IMG/VR virus record: IMGVR_UViG_2974601178_000001
Coordinates: 32,001-96,000 of that record
Strand: one strand, 5' to 3'
DNA from: a virus
Taxonomy: Duplodnaviria; Caudoviricetes
DNA: 64,000 bases
Position 1 is the first letter of the stretch; each line of letters begins with the position of its first letter. The position numbers and the translations under genes are program-made. Positions 1 through 10,611 of the stretch are shown here, piece by piece. Below the pieces are notes generated by a model. It ran no database searches. It worked only from the letters and a program-made list of their open reading frames with translations, and was not told where the DNA came from.

Positions 1-546
1 GGTGAAGGAGATTGCGGAGAGATTTACGGTCATGTGGCAAGGAATTGGCACGGTTTGGATTTGATTGATAAGGTTTATAAAAATCTATCTAACGGTATAG
101 ATGATAGAAGAGAAATTATTACTTTCTTTGACCCTAGTAAGTTTGACAAAGCTTGTTTACGCCCTTGTGCCTTTCAATGGCATTTCAGTTTACTGAATGG
201 GAAGTTAAATCTGCATGTCTATCAAGCTAGTTGTGACGTACCTCTAGGATTACCTTGGAACTCTGTAAGCTTTTATTGGTTACTGGATACGATGGCAAGA
301 ATAACAGGTAATCAACCAGATAAAGTTTACCACAAGTTGGTTAACGTGCATGTATACGAAGACCAAATAGAACCTTTAGAAAAACAGTTATCAAGAACAC
401 CTTTAAAAGTGTCACCTGTACTAGAGTTACCAACTTGGGTAGAAAGTATGGAAGATTTACTTTATGAAGATATTCATGCAAGGGAATATTTCACGTTGAC
501 AAACTATAAACACTTAGGTAAAATAAGTTTTCCATTTAGTGAATAG
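1..546 (+). CDS. thyA: Thymidylate synthase (5' truncated by window edge)
   Basis: Frame open from base 1; motifs LRPC, YQxSCD, LGLPWN, HVYxD; directly upstream of DHFR. Confidence 0.9.
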   Translation, partial: GEGDCGEIYGHVARNWHGLDLIDKVYKNLSNGIDDRREIITFFDPSKFDKACLRPCAFQWHFSLLNGKLNLHVYQASCDVPLGLPWNSVSFYWLLDTMARITGNQPDKVYHKLVNVHVYEDQIEPLEKQLSRTPLKVSPVLELPTWVESMEDLLYEDIHAREYFTLTNYKHLGKISFPFSE

Positions 547-554
547 GGGGTGAG

Positions 555-1070
555 ATGATTAAAGCAATCCTTGCAACAGGAATCAATGGTGAAATAGGAA
601 ATGATAATTCCCTCCTATGGCACCTTCCAAAAGATTTAGCCTATTTTAAAAAGGTTACTTCTGATGGAAGTGTTGTCCTCATGGGAAATAAGACGCACCA
701 AAGTTTACCCTTTTACCCGAAAGGTTTACCTAAGCGTAAAAATTATGTTATTACTAATAATGGTTACGGTGAACAAGAAGGTGGTATTATTAAATTACCT
801 TTGGTAAACTTTGAAAAGTGTTGGGGAAGTGGTGAAAGCATTTTCAACTTCTGGGGTGTTTGGGTAATAGGTGGAGCAACCATTTATGAACAGTTGTGGC
901 CTTTGGTGCAAGAAGTACACTTGACAACAGTGAGACAATCTTACCCAGAAGCGGATACCTATTTCAAACCAGATTTAACAGGGTTTGAGAAAGTAGGTGA
1001 ACCTTTGGATGTAAGTGAGGGTGATTTAAAGGCAAGTGTTCAAGTTTGGAGAAGAGTTAATAACGTTTAA
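555..1070 (+). CDS. folA: Dihydrofolate reductase
   Basis: IGxxNxLLWHLPKDLAYFK, MGxKT, LPxRxN, IGGAxIY, DTYF motifs. Confidence 0.95.
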   Translation: MIKAILATGINGEIGNDNSLLWHLPKDLAYFKKVTSDGSVVLMGNKTHQSLPFYPKGLPKRKNYVITNNGYGEQEGGIIKLPLVNFEKCWGSGESIFNFWGVWVIGGATIYEQLWPLVQEVHLTTVRQSYPEADTYFKPDLTGFEKVGEPLDVSEGDLKASVQVWRRVNNV

Positions 1071-1100
1071 AGGTTAGTAACAATTAACCACAAAAACCTA

Positions 1101-1129
1101 TTGACAACAAGACACCCTTATGAGATAAT
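1101..1129 (+). promoter_or_regulatory. sigma70-type promoter
   Basis: TTGACA-17 nt-GATAAT. Confidence 0.7.
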
Positions 1130-1364
1130 AAGCGCCCAGTTTGAGAATAAAGGAGATTCATTTTGAATGAAGAAGCAGTCATTACCTAAGAATAATAACA
1201 ATTCAGATAAAGGAGGTGATGGTATAAAGTCTCCCCCTACTTGGAAAATAATGGGTTTCCCAAGTGAATATGAGTACACACATCGCAGAATGTATGACCG
1301 TCCTGCCAATGATGTTTTTGTAGAAGATGAATACGATTTTGATTAAAAAGAAGGAAATATAATT

Positions 1365-1622
1365 ATGACAACAGTGAATATTGAGATGGAAAGTTTGGTA
1401 GATTTTAAATTGGATAGTAAAGACTTCCCAGAAACGGTGATGCTTCTGCAAAACCATTTAGAAGTTTACAAAGATACACATGGCAGAAAAGCACCTTATG
1501 CGGAAGATTTCAATAAACTTGTGTGTGATATTCAGGCTGCTTGGGACAAGAAAGAGAGTTACATTTTGGTAAATGCCAAAGAAGCGGAAGATGTTCGTCA
1601 TATTTTAGTTAATGGTCTATAA
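1365..1622 (+). CDS. Hypothetical protein
   Basis: 85 aa ORF with SD, in operon with nrdA. Confidence 0.7.
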   Translation: MTTVNIEMESLVDFKLDSKDFPETVMLLQNHLEVYKDTHGRKAPYAEDFNKLVCDIQAAWDKKESYILVNAKEAEDVRHILVNGL

Positions 1623-1632
1623 GGGGTAGATT

Positions 1633-2899
1633 TTGAGTATAAACTATGTTACTAAAAGTAATGGTGATGTTGTAGAGTTTTCTCCTGACAAATTGAACCG
1701 TATGGCAGAATGGGGAGCAACAATAGGAATTTGTTGGTCAGGGTTAGTTTTTGATGCATTACGTAAAGTAGAAGATAAATGTTCAACACAAGAATTACAA
1801 CAAGCCTTAATTGATGCATGTTCTGACAAGAAAACCCCTGAACATTTAGATATGGCAGCAAGGTTATATTTAGGGTCTTTGTATAAAACTGTACACGGGG
1901 GTTTCGAAGAGAGACCATCTTTACCAGATTTCTATTATAAAATGACATCTGCTGGTGTATGGGAGTACATGGATTATGATGACTCTGATTTAGATTATCT
2001 TGATAGTGTTTTGGATAATGACAAAGATTTGAATTATAAGTTATCTACAGTAAAACAAATAAGTACAAAATATGCAAAGAAGTTAAATGGAGTGGTTTGT
2101 GAAACACCCCAATATGCTTTCATGGGTATTGCAATGAAGGTGATGGAAACACAACCTGATGAGCGCAGGTTAGAAGATGTTGAGAAACTGTATACATACT
2201 TAAGTGATTTGAAGATTAATATGCCAACACCTTTCTTAGCAGGTTTGAGAACTTCTTTTAAAGGGTTTGCTAGTTGTTGTGTAATTAAGTCAGAAGATAC
2301 TGCAGACTCTATTGAGAATTTAGTACATGCTGCTTACAAGTTTACTAATGCGTCATCTGGTATTGGTTGTACTTTAACTACCCGTTCTGTTAAAGATCCC
2401 ATAAGAGCGCAACCCGATAAACATACAGGAAAGATACCTTACTATCGCTATTTACAAGGAGCGGTTAAGTCTACTAAGCAGGAAGTGAGAGGTGGTGGTG
2501 CAACAGTCCATTACACTGTACTTGACCCAGAAGTAGAAACCTTGTTACGATTGAAGCATCCCACCACAATAGAAGATAAGCGTATACGTGGTCTTGATTA
2601 TTCAATGGGGGCAACAAAATTATTAGCTGAAAAAGCTTCTAGGAAAGAACCTTGGATGTTAGTGTCTTATTATGATTCTCCTGAGTTATATGAAGCACAT
2701 TTTAAAGGTTATGACGAGTTTAAGAAAGCTTATCAAGCTTATGAAAAGAGTGAAGGCAAGAAGAAGTTTGTTAACTCTTTTGAAGTATTAAAACTATTCT
2801 TAACTCAACGTGGTGACACAGGCCGTAAATACCACACTTGGTTAGATGAAATGAATACGCATACGCCGTTTAAAGATACAATATATAGTAGTAATCTGT
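1633..2899 (+). CDS. nrdA: Ribonucleotide reductase class Ia alpha subunit, exon 1
   Basis: N-terminal ATP-cone-like region, ETPQ, PTP, ASCC, RGGG; ends ...IYSSNL plus first base (T) of the Cys codon of SNLCxEI. Confidence 0.93.
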
Positions 2900-3120
2900 G
2901 AAATGACGCAGCCTTACGTGGGAACACGTATTGAATAATTGGGTGAATTGACTGGAAAGCTAAGAGGATTACCTTATGCCAATCAGCAGCGAAGCTCTAA
3001 GGATAGAGAACGTTCAGAGACTAGTGGAGTTTGAGAACTTAATTACCACATTAGCGCCCAACACCTAGAACAGGTGATGATATAGTCCGACACTTGTAGA
3101 AATGCAAGATTAACATTAAG
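2900..3120 (+). ncRNA. Group I self-splicing intron (221 nt, no ORF) in nrdA
   Basis: 5' splice site after U2899 with P1 CTGT/GCAG (U-G pair); P10 TGAC pairs with exon-2 GTCA; core elements GAATTGACTGGAA, AATCAGCAG, GTTCAGAGACTA, GATATAGTCC; terminal G3120; removal restores SNL-C-QEI in frame. Confidence 0.92.
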
Positions 3121-4133
3121 GTCAGGAGATTTTTCTCCCTACTAAAGGTTATTTAAACGTTGTAGATATGTATGATAAGAATAAAGGTGTAGAAGCAGGG
3201 GAAATTGCTTTATGTTTCCTAAGTTGTTTAGTTGCAGGAAGAATTTCAGAAGAAGAATATGAAGATGTAGCTTATTATTCTCTTCTAGCAGTTGATAATG
3301 TTATCGACTTAATGGAGTATCCTTTCCCTCAAGTAGAGAACACTGCTAAAGGTAGACGTAGTGTAGGTATAGGTATTACCAACTTAGCGCATGATATGGC
3401 GGTAAGAGGGTTAAGTTACAGTAGTCTAGAGGGTAAGAATTACATGCACTCTTTGGCTGAAATGCATAGCTTCTATTTACACAGTGCAAGTTTACGTTTA
3501 GCAAAAGAAAAAGGTAACTGTTCTTTAATAGACAGGACTAAATACCCTGAAGGTTGGCTACCTATTGACACGTACAATAAAAACGTAGATGATGTGCATA
3601 GTCAAGGTTTGAAATTTGATTGGGAGAGTTTACGTAAAGAAATTATAAAGCAAGGTGGTATACGTAATTCAGTATTAGAGGCAACTCCTCCTGCTGAAAG
3701 TAGTTCTCAAGCAAGCGAGACCACTAATAGTTTATACCCTATACGTGAATTTTATACTGTTAAGCGTTCTGGTAGCACAGTGAATACTTTTGCAGCGCCT
3801 GATATCGAGAAGGAAGAAGTTAAAAATAGTTATGAACTTGCTTATAATGTTCCTACTAAGGATATTATAGATTGTTACGCTATCTTCCAAAAGTTTCATG
3901 GACAAGGTATTAGTTGTGACCTTTACACAAATTATAGTAAGTATGAAGGTGAAAAAGTACCACTGACTGTAATGATGAAAGATTACTTTTACGCTACTAA
4001 AATGGGGCTTAAAAGTTTATACTATCAGAATAGTAAAGGTGGTATCAAAGAAGACGAAACTAAGGTCACGGTTGCAGCAACTTCTATTTTAGAAGATGAA
4101 GAAGACGAGGGGTGCGAAAGTTGCCGTATGTAG
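3121..4133 (+). CDS. nrdA: Ribonucleotide reductase alpha subunit, exon 2 (spliced protein 759 aa)
   Basis: (T)GT CAG GAG ATT in frame with ORF 3168..4133; ALCFL, RSVGIG, PxESSS, KSLYY, C-terminal CESC. Confidence 0.93.
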
Positions 4134-4633
4134 ACAAAACTATGATAGAAAACTGCCTAGAATGGGATAATACTCTAAGTAGGTTCTTATGGAAGTTCAG
4201 GAAAGATAAACCCCCTAATTGGAATGGGAGGTTTGCTGGAAAGCTTGCTGGGTATATAAAGAAGGAGGGATATGAAACTATAACTATAGATTATGTCCCT
4301 CATTACACTCACAGACTTGTTTGGGTGCTATTTTATGGAGACATACCAGAAGGGTACATTATAGACCATATAGACAGGAACAGGAGTAATAATTCCTCTG
4401 AAAATTTAAGACTTGTTACCAACCAAGAGAATTGTTTCAACACTAAAGGTAGTAAAGGTACTAGTAAGTACAAAGGTGTTCATTTAACTTCTAGGGGTAA
4501 ATGGGCCGCTCAAATAACCTGTAACGGAAAGACACACCACTTAGGAGTGTTCGAACACGAAGAAGATGCAAAGGATAGTTATAATTGTGCGGCAAAGAAA
4601 TACTTCAAAGAAAAAGCGTATATTAACATTTAA
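4112..4633 (+). CDS. Free-standing HNH homing endonuclease with AP2-like C-terminus
   Basis: HRLVW...IDHIDRNRSNNxxxNLRxxxxxxN; SKYKGV...KWAAQI...HLGxF. Confidence 0.85.
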   Translation: MRKLPYVDKTMIENCLEWDNTLSRFLWKFRKDKPPNWNGRFAGKLAGYIKKEGYETITIDYVPHYTHRLVWVLFYGDIPEGYIIDHIDRNRSNNSSENLRLVTNQENCFNTKGSKGTSKYKGVHLTSRGKWAAQITCNGKTHHLGVFEHEEDAKDSYNCAAKKYFKEKAYINI

Positions 4634-4648
4634 AGAGGAATTATATCA

Positions 4649-5986
4649 GTGATAGATAATGTATTGAATCGTTCTAACACAGGATGGAAAACAGGAAAGT
4701 ATCCTTTATTTATGGGAGAGGAGTTGGGTTTACATGATACCATGAACAGACCTTACCCAGAATTATTCAAACTGTTCAAAAAGCTTAAAAGTTTAGATTG
4801 GGCAGAAGATGAGATAGATTTAGAAAAGTCAAGGTTAGATTTTGCAAGTTGTGATAAAAATAGTTATGATGTTATGATAAAAACTTTATCATTTCAATAT
4901 GAAGCGGATAGCCTTGCATCTAGATCTATAATCGCGTTGTTTGCCCCTTTCATTTCTAACAGTGATTTAAGTCAGATGATGTTGAAGTGGAGTGAGAATG
5001 AATCCCTTCATGCATTAACGTACTCTGAGATAATTAGGCAATGTGTATCTAACCCAGATGATATATTTAATGAGATACTATCTGATAAGAATATAACTGA
5101 CCGTTCAGATGTTATTGCTAAAAGTTTTTCTAAGTTAAAAGTACTTGGTGCTAAGTATTCTTTAGATAAAAACTCAGTATCCTCAGAAGAAGTACGAGAG
5201 ACTTTACTTTTAAGTTTGGTAGCTTTATATTGTCTAGAGGCAATGGAATTTATGGCTTCTTTCGCATGTACTTTTAGTCTAGCGGAAAGAGATTTATTCG
5301 AGGGTGTAGCAAGCTTAGTTCAGAAGATAATGGTAGACGAAACAATCCACACTCAAATGGATGAAGCTATTATTGATATTCTGTTTAAAGAATCGGAATG
5401 GAAAGCTACTTTTGAGAAGATTAAACCTCAAGTACAAGAGTTAGTGGATAGCGTTTATCATCAAGAGGTTTCTTGGGCGGAGTATATATTCAGTGAAGGG
5501 CGTAGTGTACTTGGCTTGACATCAGGATTACTTAAGGATTGGGTCACATACCGAACGGATGCCGTGTACAATAAACTAGGTCTGGATAAACCATACACTG
5601 TTGTAGAGGAAAATCCTTTACCTTGGATGGATAAGTGGTTAGATATAGATTCTAATCAACAGTCAGCGCAAGAAGTTAGTTTGAACAATTACCGATTAAA
5701 CTCTGTTATTGATGATACTAGTGAAGATATCGTTTATGACTTTGGAAGCAGGGAGAACAGTCTACCTTCTGATGTCGTGGTTTATACAAAAGAGTCTTGT
5801 CCTTTTTGCGATAAGGTTAAGCAGTTTCTTAAAGATAAAGGAATTAATGTAACAGAAGTTGATGTAGAAAGGGTTTATGCAAAGCAAAGTTTGATAAACA
5901 AAGGGCTAACCACAGTACCTCAAGTATTTACTCAAGAGGGAAATTACTTAGGTGATTGTACTTCTATCATTAACAAATATTCATAA
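4649..5986 (+). CDS. nrdB: Ribonucleotide reductase beta subunit with C-terminal glutaredoxin domain
   Basis: ExxHxxxY (ESLHALTY), LEAMEF, DETIH iron ligands; C-terminal VYTKESCPFC...TVPQVF. Confidence 0.92.
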   Translation: MIDNVLNRSNTGWKTGKYPLFMGEELGLHDTMNRPYPELFKLFKKLKSLDWAEDEIDLEKSRLDFASCDKNSYDVMIKTLSFQYEADSLASRSIIALFAPFISNSDLSQMMLKWSENESLHALTYSEIIRQCVSNPDDIFNEILSDKNITDRSDVIAKSFSKLKVLGAKYSLDKNSVSSEEVRETLLLSLVALYCLEAMEFMASFACTFSLAERDLFEGVASLVQKIMVDETIHTQMDEAIIDILFKESEWKATFEKIKPQVQELVDSVYHQEVSWAEYIFSEGRSVLGLTSGLLKDWVTYRTDAVYNKLGLDKPYTVVEENPLPWMDKWLDIDSNQQSAQEVSLNNYRLNSVIDDTSEDIVYDFGSRENSLPSDVVVYTKESCPFCDKVKQFLKDKGINVTEVDVERVYAKQSLINKGLTTVPQVFTQEGNYLGDCTSIINKYS

Positions 5987-5997
5987 AAGGAGAAACC

Positions 5998-6297
5998 ATG
6001 ACACAAGAATCAAATGGCTCAAATTATCAAGAAGATTACACCAAATTGGAAGCAATCATTATTAAAATGTTAGAACACGTTTCAGCATTGGATAACGTTG
6101 ACCAAGAATTACAGACCACTTTAAACGATTTCGTTTATGAAGTTGTTGGTCAAGTTAAGTACCTTTTATCGATGTATGACCAGAATATCCAAAAGTATAA
6201 TCACACTTTGGAAAATATGGACACTGTTATCGATGGTTTGGATTGTTCAAGAGGGGTGAAAGCTTCTCTGAAAGCAACCTTGCCGCAGAAAGGTTGA
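5998..6297 (+). CDS. Hypothetical protein
   Basis: 99 aa, SD AGGAG. Confidence 0.7.
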   Translation: MTQESNGSNYQEDYTKLEAIIIKMLEHVSALDNVDQELQTTLNDFVYEVVGQVKYLLSMYDQNIQKYNHTLENMDTVIDGLDCSRGVKASLKATLPQKG

Positions 6298-6354
6298 TTT
6301 TATATTTTAAAGAGGAGGTTATAATGGCCTTCTCAATTATTCACAGAGGTTATT

Positions 6355-6552
6355 ATGGTTACTGTATATGATTATAAAGAAAGTACTATAACTTTAAGTA
6401 AAGGGGAGCATAAAGAGGTTATCCCTTTTAATTGTGGAGATGTAGATTGTCCTTACGAAGCGATAATCCTCTTGAAATTCAAGGAAGGTAAACTTTCTTT
6501 ACAGGAAACTTATCACCTGTTAAAATATGACCCTAAGTTGTATTTTTTGTAG
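6355..6552 (+). CDS. Hypothetical protein
   Basis: 65 aa, SD GAGG. Confidence 0.6.
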   Translation: MVTVYDYKESTITLSKGEHKEVIPFNCGDVDCPYEAIILLKFKEGKLSLQETYHLLKYDPKLYFL

Positions 6553-6557
6553 GAAGA

Positions 6558-7277
6558 TTGGACACTATGACAAAAAAGAAAAGAAATATTGTTAAAAGGA
6601 AAACTGCTTCTGACGATATAGTTAATTTCTCAGAAGGTAATATCCAGTTTAAATATTATCCTTACACTGGGGAAGTCTTTTGTCCATCTTCTCACTCCCT
6701 TGTGTTAACAGCACATCACTTTGGGGTAAGAGGGTTTGAGATTTCAGAAAGTAGAAGTGAGATACATAAGAATATGTTATTTGTTCATCCTCCTACTGAT
6801 ATGGAAAAAGTGGAAGCCTTTAGGTTAATTAAGAAAACCTTGCGTGAGTTGAAAGATGATCGTAAACAGAGGCGAGCAGAACTTATTGCTAATAATATTA
6901 ACAATAGGACAGGTAATCCTATAACATGGGCTACTATCAATGCTTATATTCACAAGCTTAAAACAGGTGATTTATCAAGGGAGAAAGTTGCCAAATGGTT
7001 TAATACTTTTAACGTGGAAGATGACAAACATTTAAAAGCTAAGCACACCACTGTTATAGAAGTGTCTACTCGTAGTAAAGCTACTATTATTAAGATGGGA
7101 TTGGACATTTTGAAAAGGTTGTTCAAAGAAGGTAAGCTTAGACGTTTGACAGAAGAACAATATCAAGCTAAGATGGAAGTATATGCTAAAGAAAAAGCCG
7201 ATAAGCAAAAAGAAAGTGCACAAGAGGGAGAAGAGGAAACGATTGTTAAAACTGGCGAAAGAACGGAGGAAAAATAG
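6558..7277 (+). CDS. Hypothetical basic protein
   Basis: 239 aa ORF abutting endolysin. Confidence 0.7.
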   Translation: MDTMTKKKRNIVKRKTASDDIVNFSEGNIQFKYYPYTGEVFCPSSHSLVLTAHHFGVRGFEISESRSEIHKNMLFVHPPTDMEKVEAFRLIKKTLRELKDDRKQRRAELIANNINNRTGNPITWATINAYIHKLKTGDLSREKVAKWFNTFNVEDDKHLKAKHTTVIEVSTRSKATIIKMGLDILKRLFKEGKLRRLTEEQYQAKMEVYAKEKADKQKESAQEGEEETIVKTGERTEEK

Positions 7278-7858
7278 TGAAGAATAGTTATAAAAATGCA
7301 CCTCCTTTTGTGCAGGAAATAGTTGACCATATTATTGATGTGGAAGGGGGCTATGTTGATAACAAGGATGATTCTGGTGGTGCAACCAAGTATGGTGTCA
7401 CAGAAAAAGTGGCAAGAGCTAATGGTTATGAAGGACATATGTCAGAATTACCAATAACCTTTGCACAAGATTTATATGTCACCGAATATTACCTTGCACC
7501 TAAGTTTAACCTTGTTGCAGAAGTGTCAGAAACTTTAGCAAAAGAAATGATGGACTCTGGGGTGAATGTAGGTTATCGTACTCCTATAAAATGGTTTCAA
7601 CGTTTACTAAATGTATCCAATTGTAAGCAGAAGTATTACAAAGATATAGAAGTGGATGGATATTTAGGTAGTAAGTCTATTGGTGCATATACAGCTTTGT
7701 GCAAAAGAAGGGGAGAACTTGAAGCAGAGAGATACATGTTTAATGGGTTGAATAGTTTTCAGCAAGTGTATTATGTTGAATTGGCGGAACGTAGGGAGAA
7801 GGATGAGACTTTTGTTTATGGGCAAATTGTAAACAGAGTGGAATATCTTCCATTTTAG
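7277..7858 (+). CDS. Endolysin, glycoside hydrolase family 108 with peptidoglycan-binding domain
   Basis: EGGYVDNxxDxGGATKYGVT; DSGVNxG; QRLLN...VDGxLG. Confidence 0.9.
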   Translation: MKNSYKNAPPFVQEIVDHIIDVEGGYVDNKDDSGGATKYGVTEKVARANGYEGHMSELPITFAQDLYVTEYYLAPKFNLVAEVSETLAKEMMDSGVNVGYRTPIKWFQRLLNVSNCKQKYYKDIEVDGYLGSKSIGAYTALCKRRGELEAERYMFNGLNSFQQVYYVELAERREKDETFVYGQIVNRVEYLPF

Positions 7859-7923
7859 AGGAGGGTTGACAGTTTAAAGGTTAAGTAGTTTTTTCATAAT
7901 AATTATTAATTAAGAGGTGATAT

Positions 7924-8730
7924 ATGGCTCGTAAGAAACGTAATAAAGGTAACAATACACAATCAGTAACACGACACCCCAATAGAGTAGATAAGCACAC
8001 CTCACGTACTCAGAAAGGTATGAAGGATATTGCAGAAGACCACAAAGTTAATAATGAAAGTTACTCTTTAGATTGGTTTTCTCCTACAGAAGGGCAACAG
8101 GATGTTATTCGCAGTATGATTGAGAATGAGCTTACATTAGTGCAAGCTTCAAGCGGATCAGGGAAATCCACTACGGTTATTTGGCAAGCACTTAAGGATT
8201 TAAAATCAGGTTATTACAAAAGTATTTTATTTGTTAAAACCCCTAATGAATCCTCAGACGACCTTATAGGGTTTTTACCTAGTTCAGCAGAAGACAAACT
8301 TTCTGTACATTTTGAAGCTACTCGTAGTGTATTCCACCAGTTTATGACTAAAGAAAAACTAGTTATGGAAGAGAAAAAGGGGAGAATTAATTTTAAGATA
8401 CCTAACTTTATACAAGGTGCTACTTTTGAAAACACTTTAATGATTCTTGATGAAAGCCAGTCTCTATCACCTAATACAATGAAGTTAGTAATGGAACGTG
8501 TAGGAAAAGGTAGTAAGATTGTGGTTTGTGCTGATAAAAGACAACGATACTCATATAGAAAACGTGAGGATGGTTTCACTAACTTTGTGAATATGGTTAC
8601 TGCAGTTGATGAAGATGGTAGGTACTCTAATGTAGATACTATCGGTTATGTGGAGATGCCAGCATCAGCTAATATGCGTTCTGATTTATCAAGATTAATT
8701 GTAACGTTGTATGAAGAGGATGATGAATAG
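7924..8730 (+). CDS. phoH: PhoH-family ATPase
   Basis: SGSGKS Walker A, IGFLP, QGATF, ILDESQ, RVGxGSK. Confidence 0.9.
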   Translation: MARKKRNKGNNTQSVTRHPNRVDKHTSRTQKGMKDIAEDHKVNNESYSLDWFSPTEGQQDVIRSMIENELTLVQASSGSGKSTTVIWQALKDLKSGYYKSILFVKTPNESSDDLIGFLPSSAEDKLSVHFEATRSVFHQFMTKEKLVMEEKKGRINFKIPNFIQGATFENTLMILDESQSLSPNTMKLVMERVGKGSKIVVCADKRQRYSYRKREDGFTNFVNMVTAVDEDGRYSNVDTIGYVEMPASANMRSDLSRLIVTLYEEDDE

Positions 8731-8747
8731 ACCCTTCGGGGTCTTTT
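8729..8747 (+). terminator. Rho-independent terminator
   Basis: AGACCC-TTCG-GGGTCT followed by T run. Confidence 0.75.
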
Positions 8748-8759
8748 ATAAGGAGAGGT

Positions 8760-9539
8760 ATGAAGATTACAAAACGGAGAGCTAAAGATAGGGTAGGTGA
8801 GGTTTTTGGCAGGTTGACTGTAGAGGATTGTTATAAAAAAGGTGGACGATCTTGGTATAAATGTAGTTGTTGTTGTGGTAATAAAGATTTCCATGTTGTA
8901 TACCACTCTGTGACAGGAGGTAAGACATCATCTTGCGGGTGCTCTAGATACTCAAAGAAGATTAAAAGCCACGGTATGTCTAAAGATAAAGTTTATAGGA
9001 CATGGATCTCAATGAAAGGTAGGATTAACTGTAAAACACATACATCATACCCTTACTATGGGGGCAGAGGTATATCTTACTGTGAAAAATGGGAAAGTTT
9101 TGAAGGGTTTTTTGAGGACATGGGGATTCCTCCTTCAGAAGACCACACCCTAGATAGGATAGATAATAATAAGGATTACTCTAAAAGTAATTGTAGGTGG
9201 GAAACCAGATCTGTGCAGATGAAGAATCAAGGTAAAAGATCTATACTGACAGCTTCGAGTCGTTATAAGGGAGTAATAGTAGATGCAGGAGGTAACTGTG
9301 ATGTTTGTGTTACATTAAAAGGGGTGTCTATAAGGTTCAGGGTAAGTAAAGATGAAGAGTTAGCTGCAAAGTACTTTAATTATTTAAGTAAGTATCTATA
9401 CTCCGACCAGATAGCCCTGAATAACACCGAAGATTTAACGTTAACCGTACAACAAGCTGAGCTTTTAAATGCTAAAGTTGAAGATAAATTTTATTATTCT
9501 CAAGAATTGAGAGAATATTCACCTATAAGAGGAAAATAG
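8760..9539 (+). CDS. Putative HNH-type homing endonuclease
   Basis: FGRLTV...CxCxCG, SCGC, YGGRGI, TLDRIDNNKDYxxxNCRW, SRYKGV. Confidence 0.8.
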   Translation: MKITKRRAKDRVGEVFGRLTVEDCYKKGGRSWYKCSCCCGNKDFHVVYHSVTGGKTSSCGCSRYSKKIKSHGMSKDKVYRTWISMKGRINCKTHTSYPYYGGRGISYCEKWESFEGFFEDMGIPPSEDHTLDRIDNNKDYSKSNCRWETRSVQMKNQGKRSILTASSRYKGVIVDAGGNCDVCVTLKGVSIRFRVSKDEELAAKYFNYLSKYLYSDQIALNNTEDLTLTVQQAELLNAKVEDKFYYSQELREYSPIRGK

Positions 9540-9540
9540 T

Positions 9541-10611
9541 ATGCAAGATAACCATTTCGTAGAGACATTTAAAGTTCAATCTTACCCTAGTACATTAGCT
9601 TATGATATTTTTATTGATGAGACTATTAGCTCTCCAGAGTACTACCGTAATGTTATTAATGTACTTAACCGTGCAGCAGAAGGTGATGTCCTAAATATAT
9701 ACCTTAACACTGTTGGAGGTTACGTTAGTTCATCTTCTGCTATTACTGCCGCAATGGACCAATGTAAAGGTCATATAGTAGTACATATGGCCGCGGAAGT
9801 ATGCTCTGCAGGGACAATGATTGCACTACACGGAAATGAATGGGTTGTAGGTGATGGTATTTGTTTTATGTGCCACAATATCAGTTTTAGTTGTGGGGGT
9901 AGTGCGGAGAAGGTTAAAGATCACCACGATTTCATTCAGGATTGGAACAAAAGTTTACTGGAACGTGAATACAGTGGTTTCCTTACACCAGAGGAAATTA
10001 GTAATATGTTCACTAATGGCAAGGAGTATTGGTTTAATGCAGAAGAGGTTAAATCTCGTCTTAAAAACTTTGTAGACTACCGTGAAGGTTCATACAAAGA
10101 AGCCATGAATCAAATGTTCGACCAACAAATTGCCGCAGAAGACGAAGCCCTTGACGCAGGATTGAATCACCTTCTAACAAGTGGAAAGGTAACTCAGGCA
10201 GAAGTAGATGCCATTAAGAAAATCACTCCACTTTTAGATGAAGCTTTTGAATCTGGTGAAATTGATTTGGACAACCTTCCTGAAAGTGTGGAAACATTAT
10301 CAGAAGATGTATCTGACTATTCAAATGCTTTTGCCATCAACGTCAAAGATGAAATTGCGGCGATATGTATGTACACTTTAGATGAAGAAGGTATTATTTC
10401 AGAAGTGGTGTTAGATATTGCAGAATATGATGATGAGGTTATTGTTTCTAATATTTGGCTAGAAGATAACCTTGACCGAAGTGAGCTTATCACTTTAGCA
10501 AAAGATATTGGTGTCAAAGGAGTTGCACATAATACTAAAGACTCTGGTAAAATTATAAATAAGATTATTGATTATGTGGATTCTCTTATTGAAAAAGAAG
10601 AGAATAATTAA
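9541..10611 (+). CDS. ClpP-like serine protease with acidic C-terminal extension
   Basis: INT/LNTxGG, CSAGTMI (catalytic Ser), FMCH, EYWFxAEE. Confidence 0.8.
   Translation: MQDNHFVETFKVQSYPSTLAYDIFIDETISSPEYYRNVINVLNRAAEGDVLNIYLNTVGGYVSSSSAITAAMDQCKGHIVVHMAAEVCSAGTMIALHGNEWVVGDGICFMCHNISFSCGGSAEKVKDHHDFIQDWNKSLLEREYSGFLTPEEISNMFTNGKEYWFNAEEVKSRLKNFVDYREGSYKEAMNQMFDQQIAAEDEALDAGLNHLLTSGKVTQAEVDAIKKITPLLDEAFESGEIDLDNLPESVETLSEDVSDYSNAFAINVKDEIAAICMYTLDEEGIISEVVLDIAEYDDEVIVSNIWLEDNLDRSELITLAKDIGVKGVAHNTKDSGKIINKIIDYVDSLIEKEENN

Noticed and set aside
1633-4133. nrdA pseudogene or naturally split two-gene nrdA
   Set aside because: Gap is explained by a group I intron whose removal restores frame and the catalytic Cys
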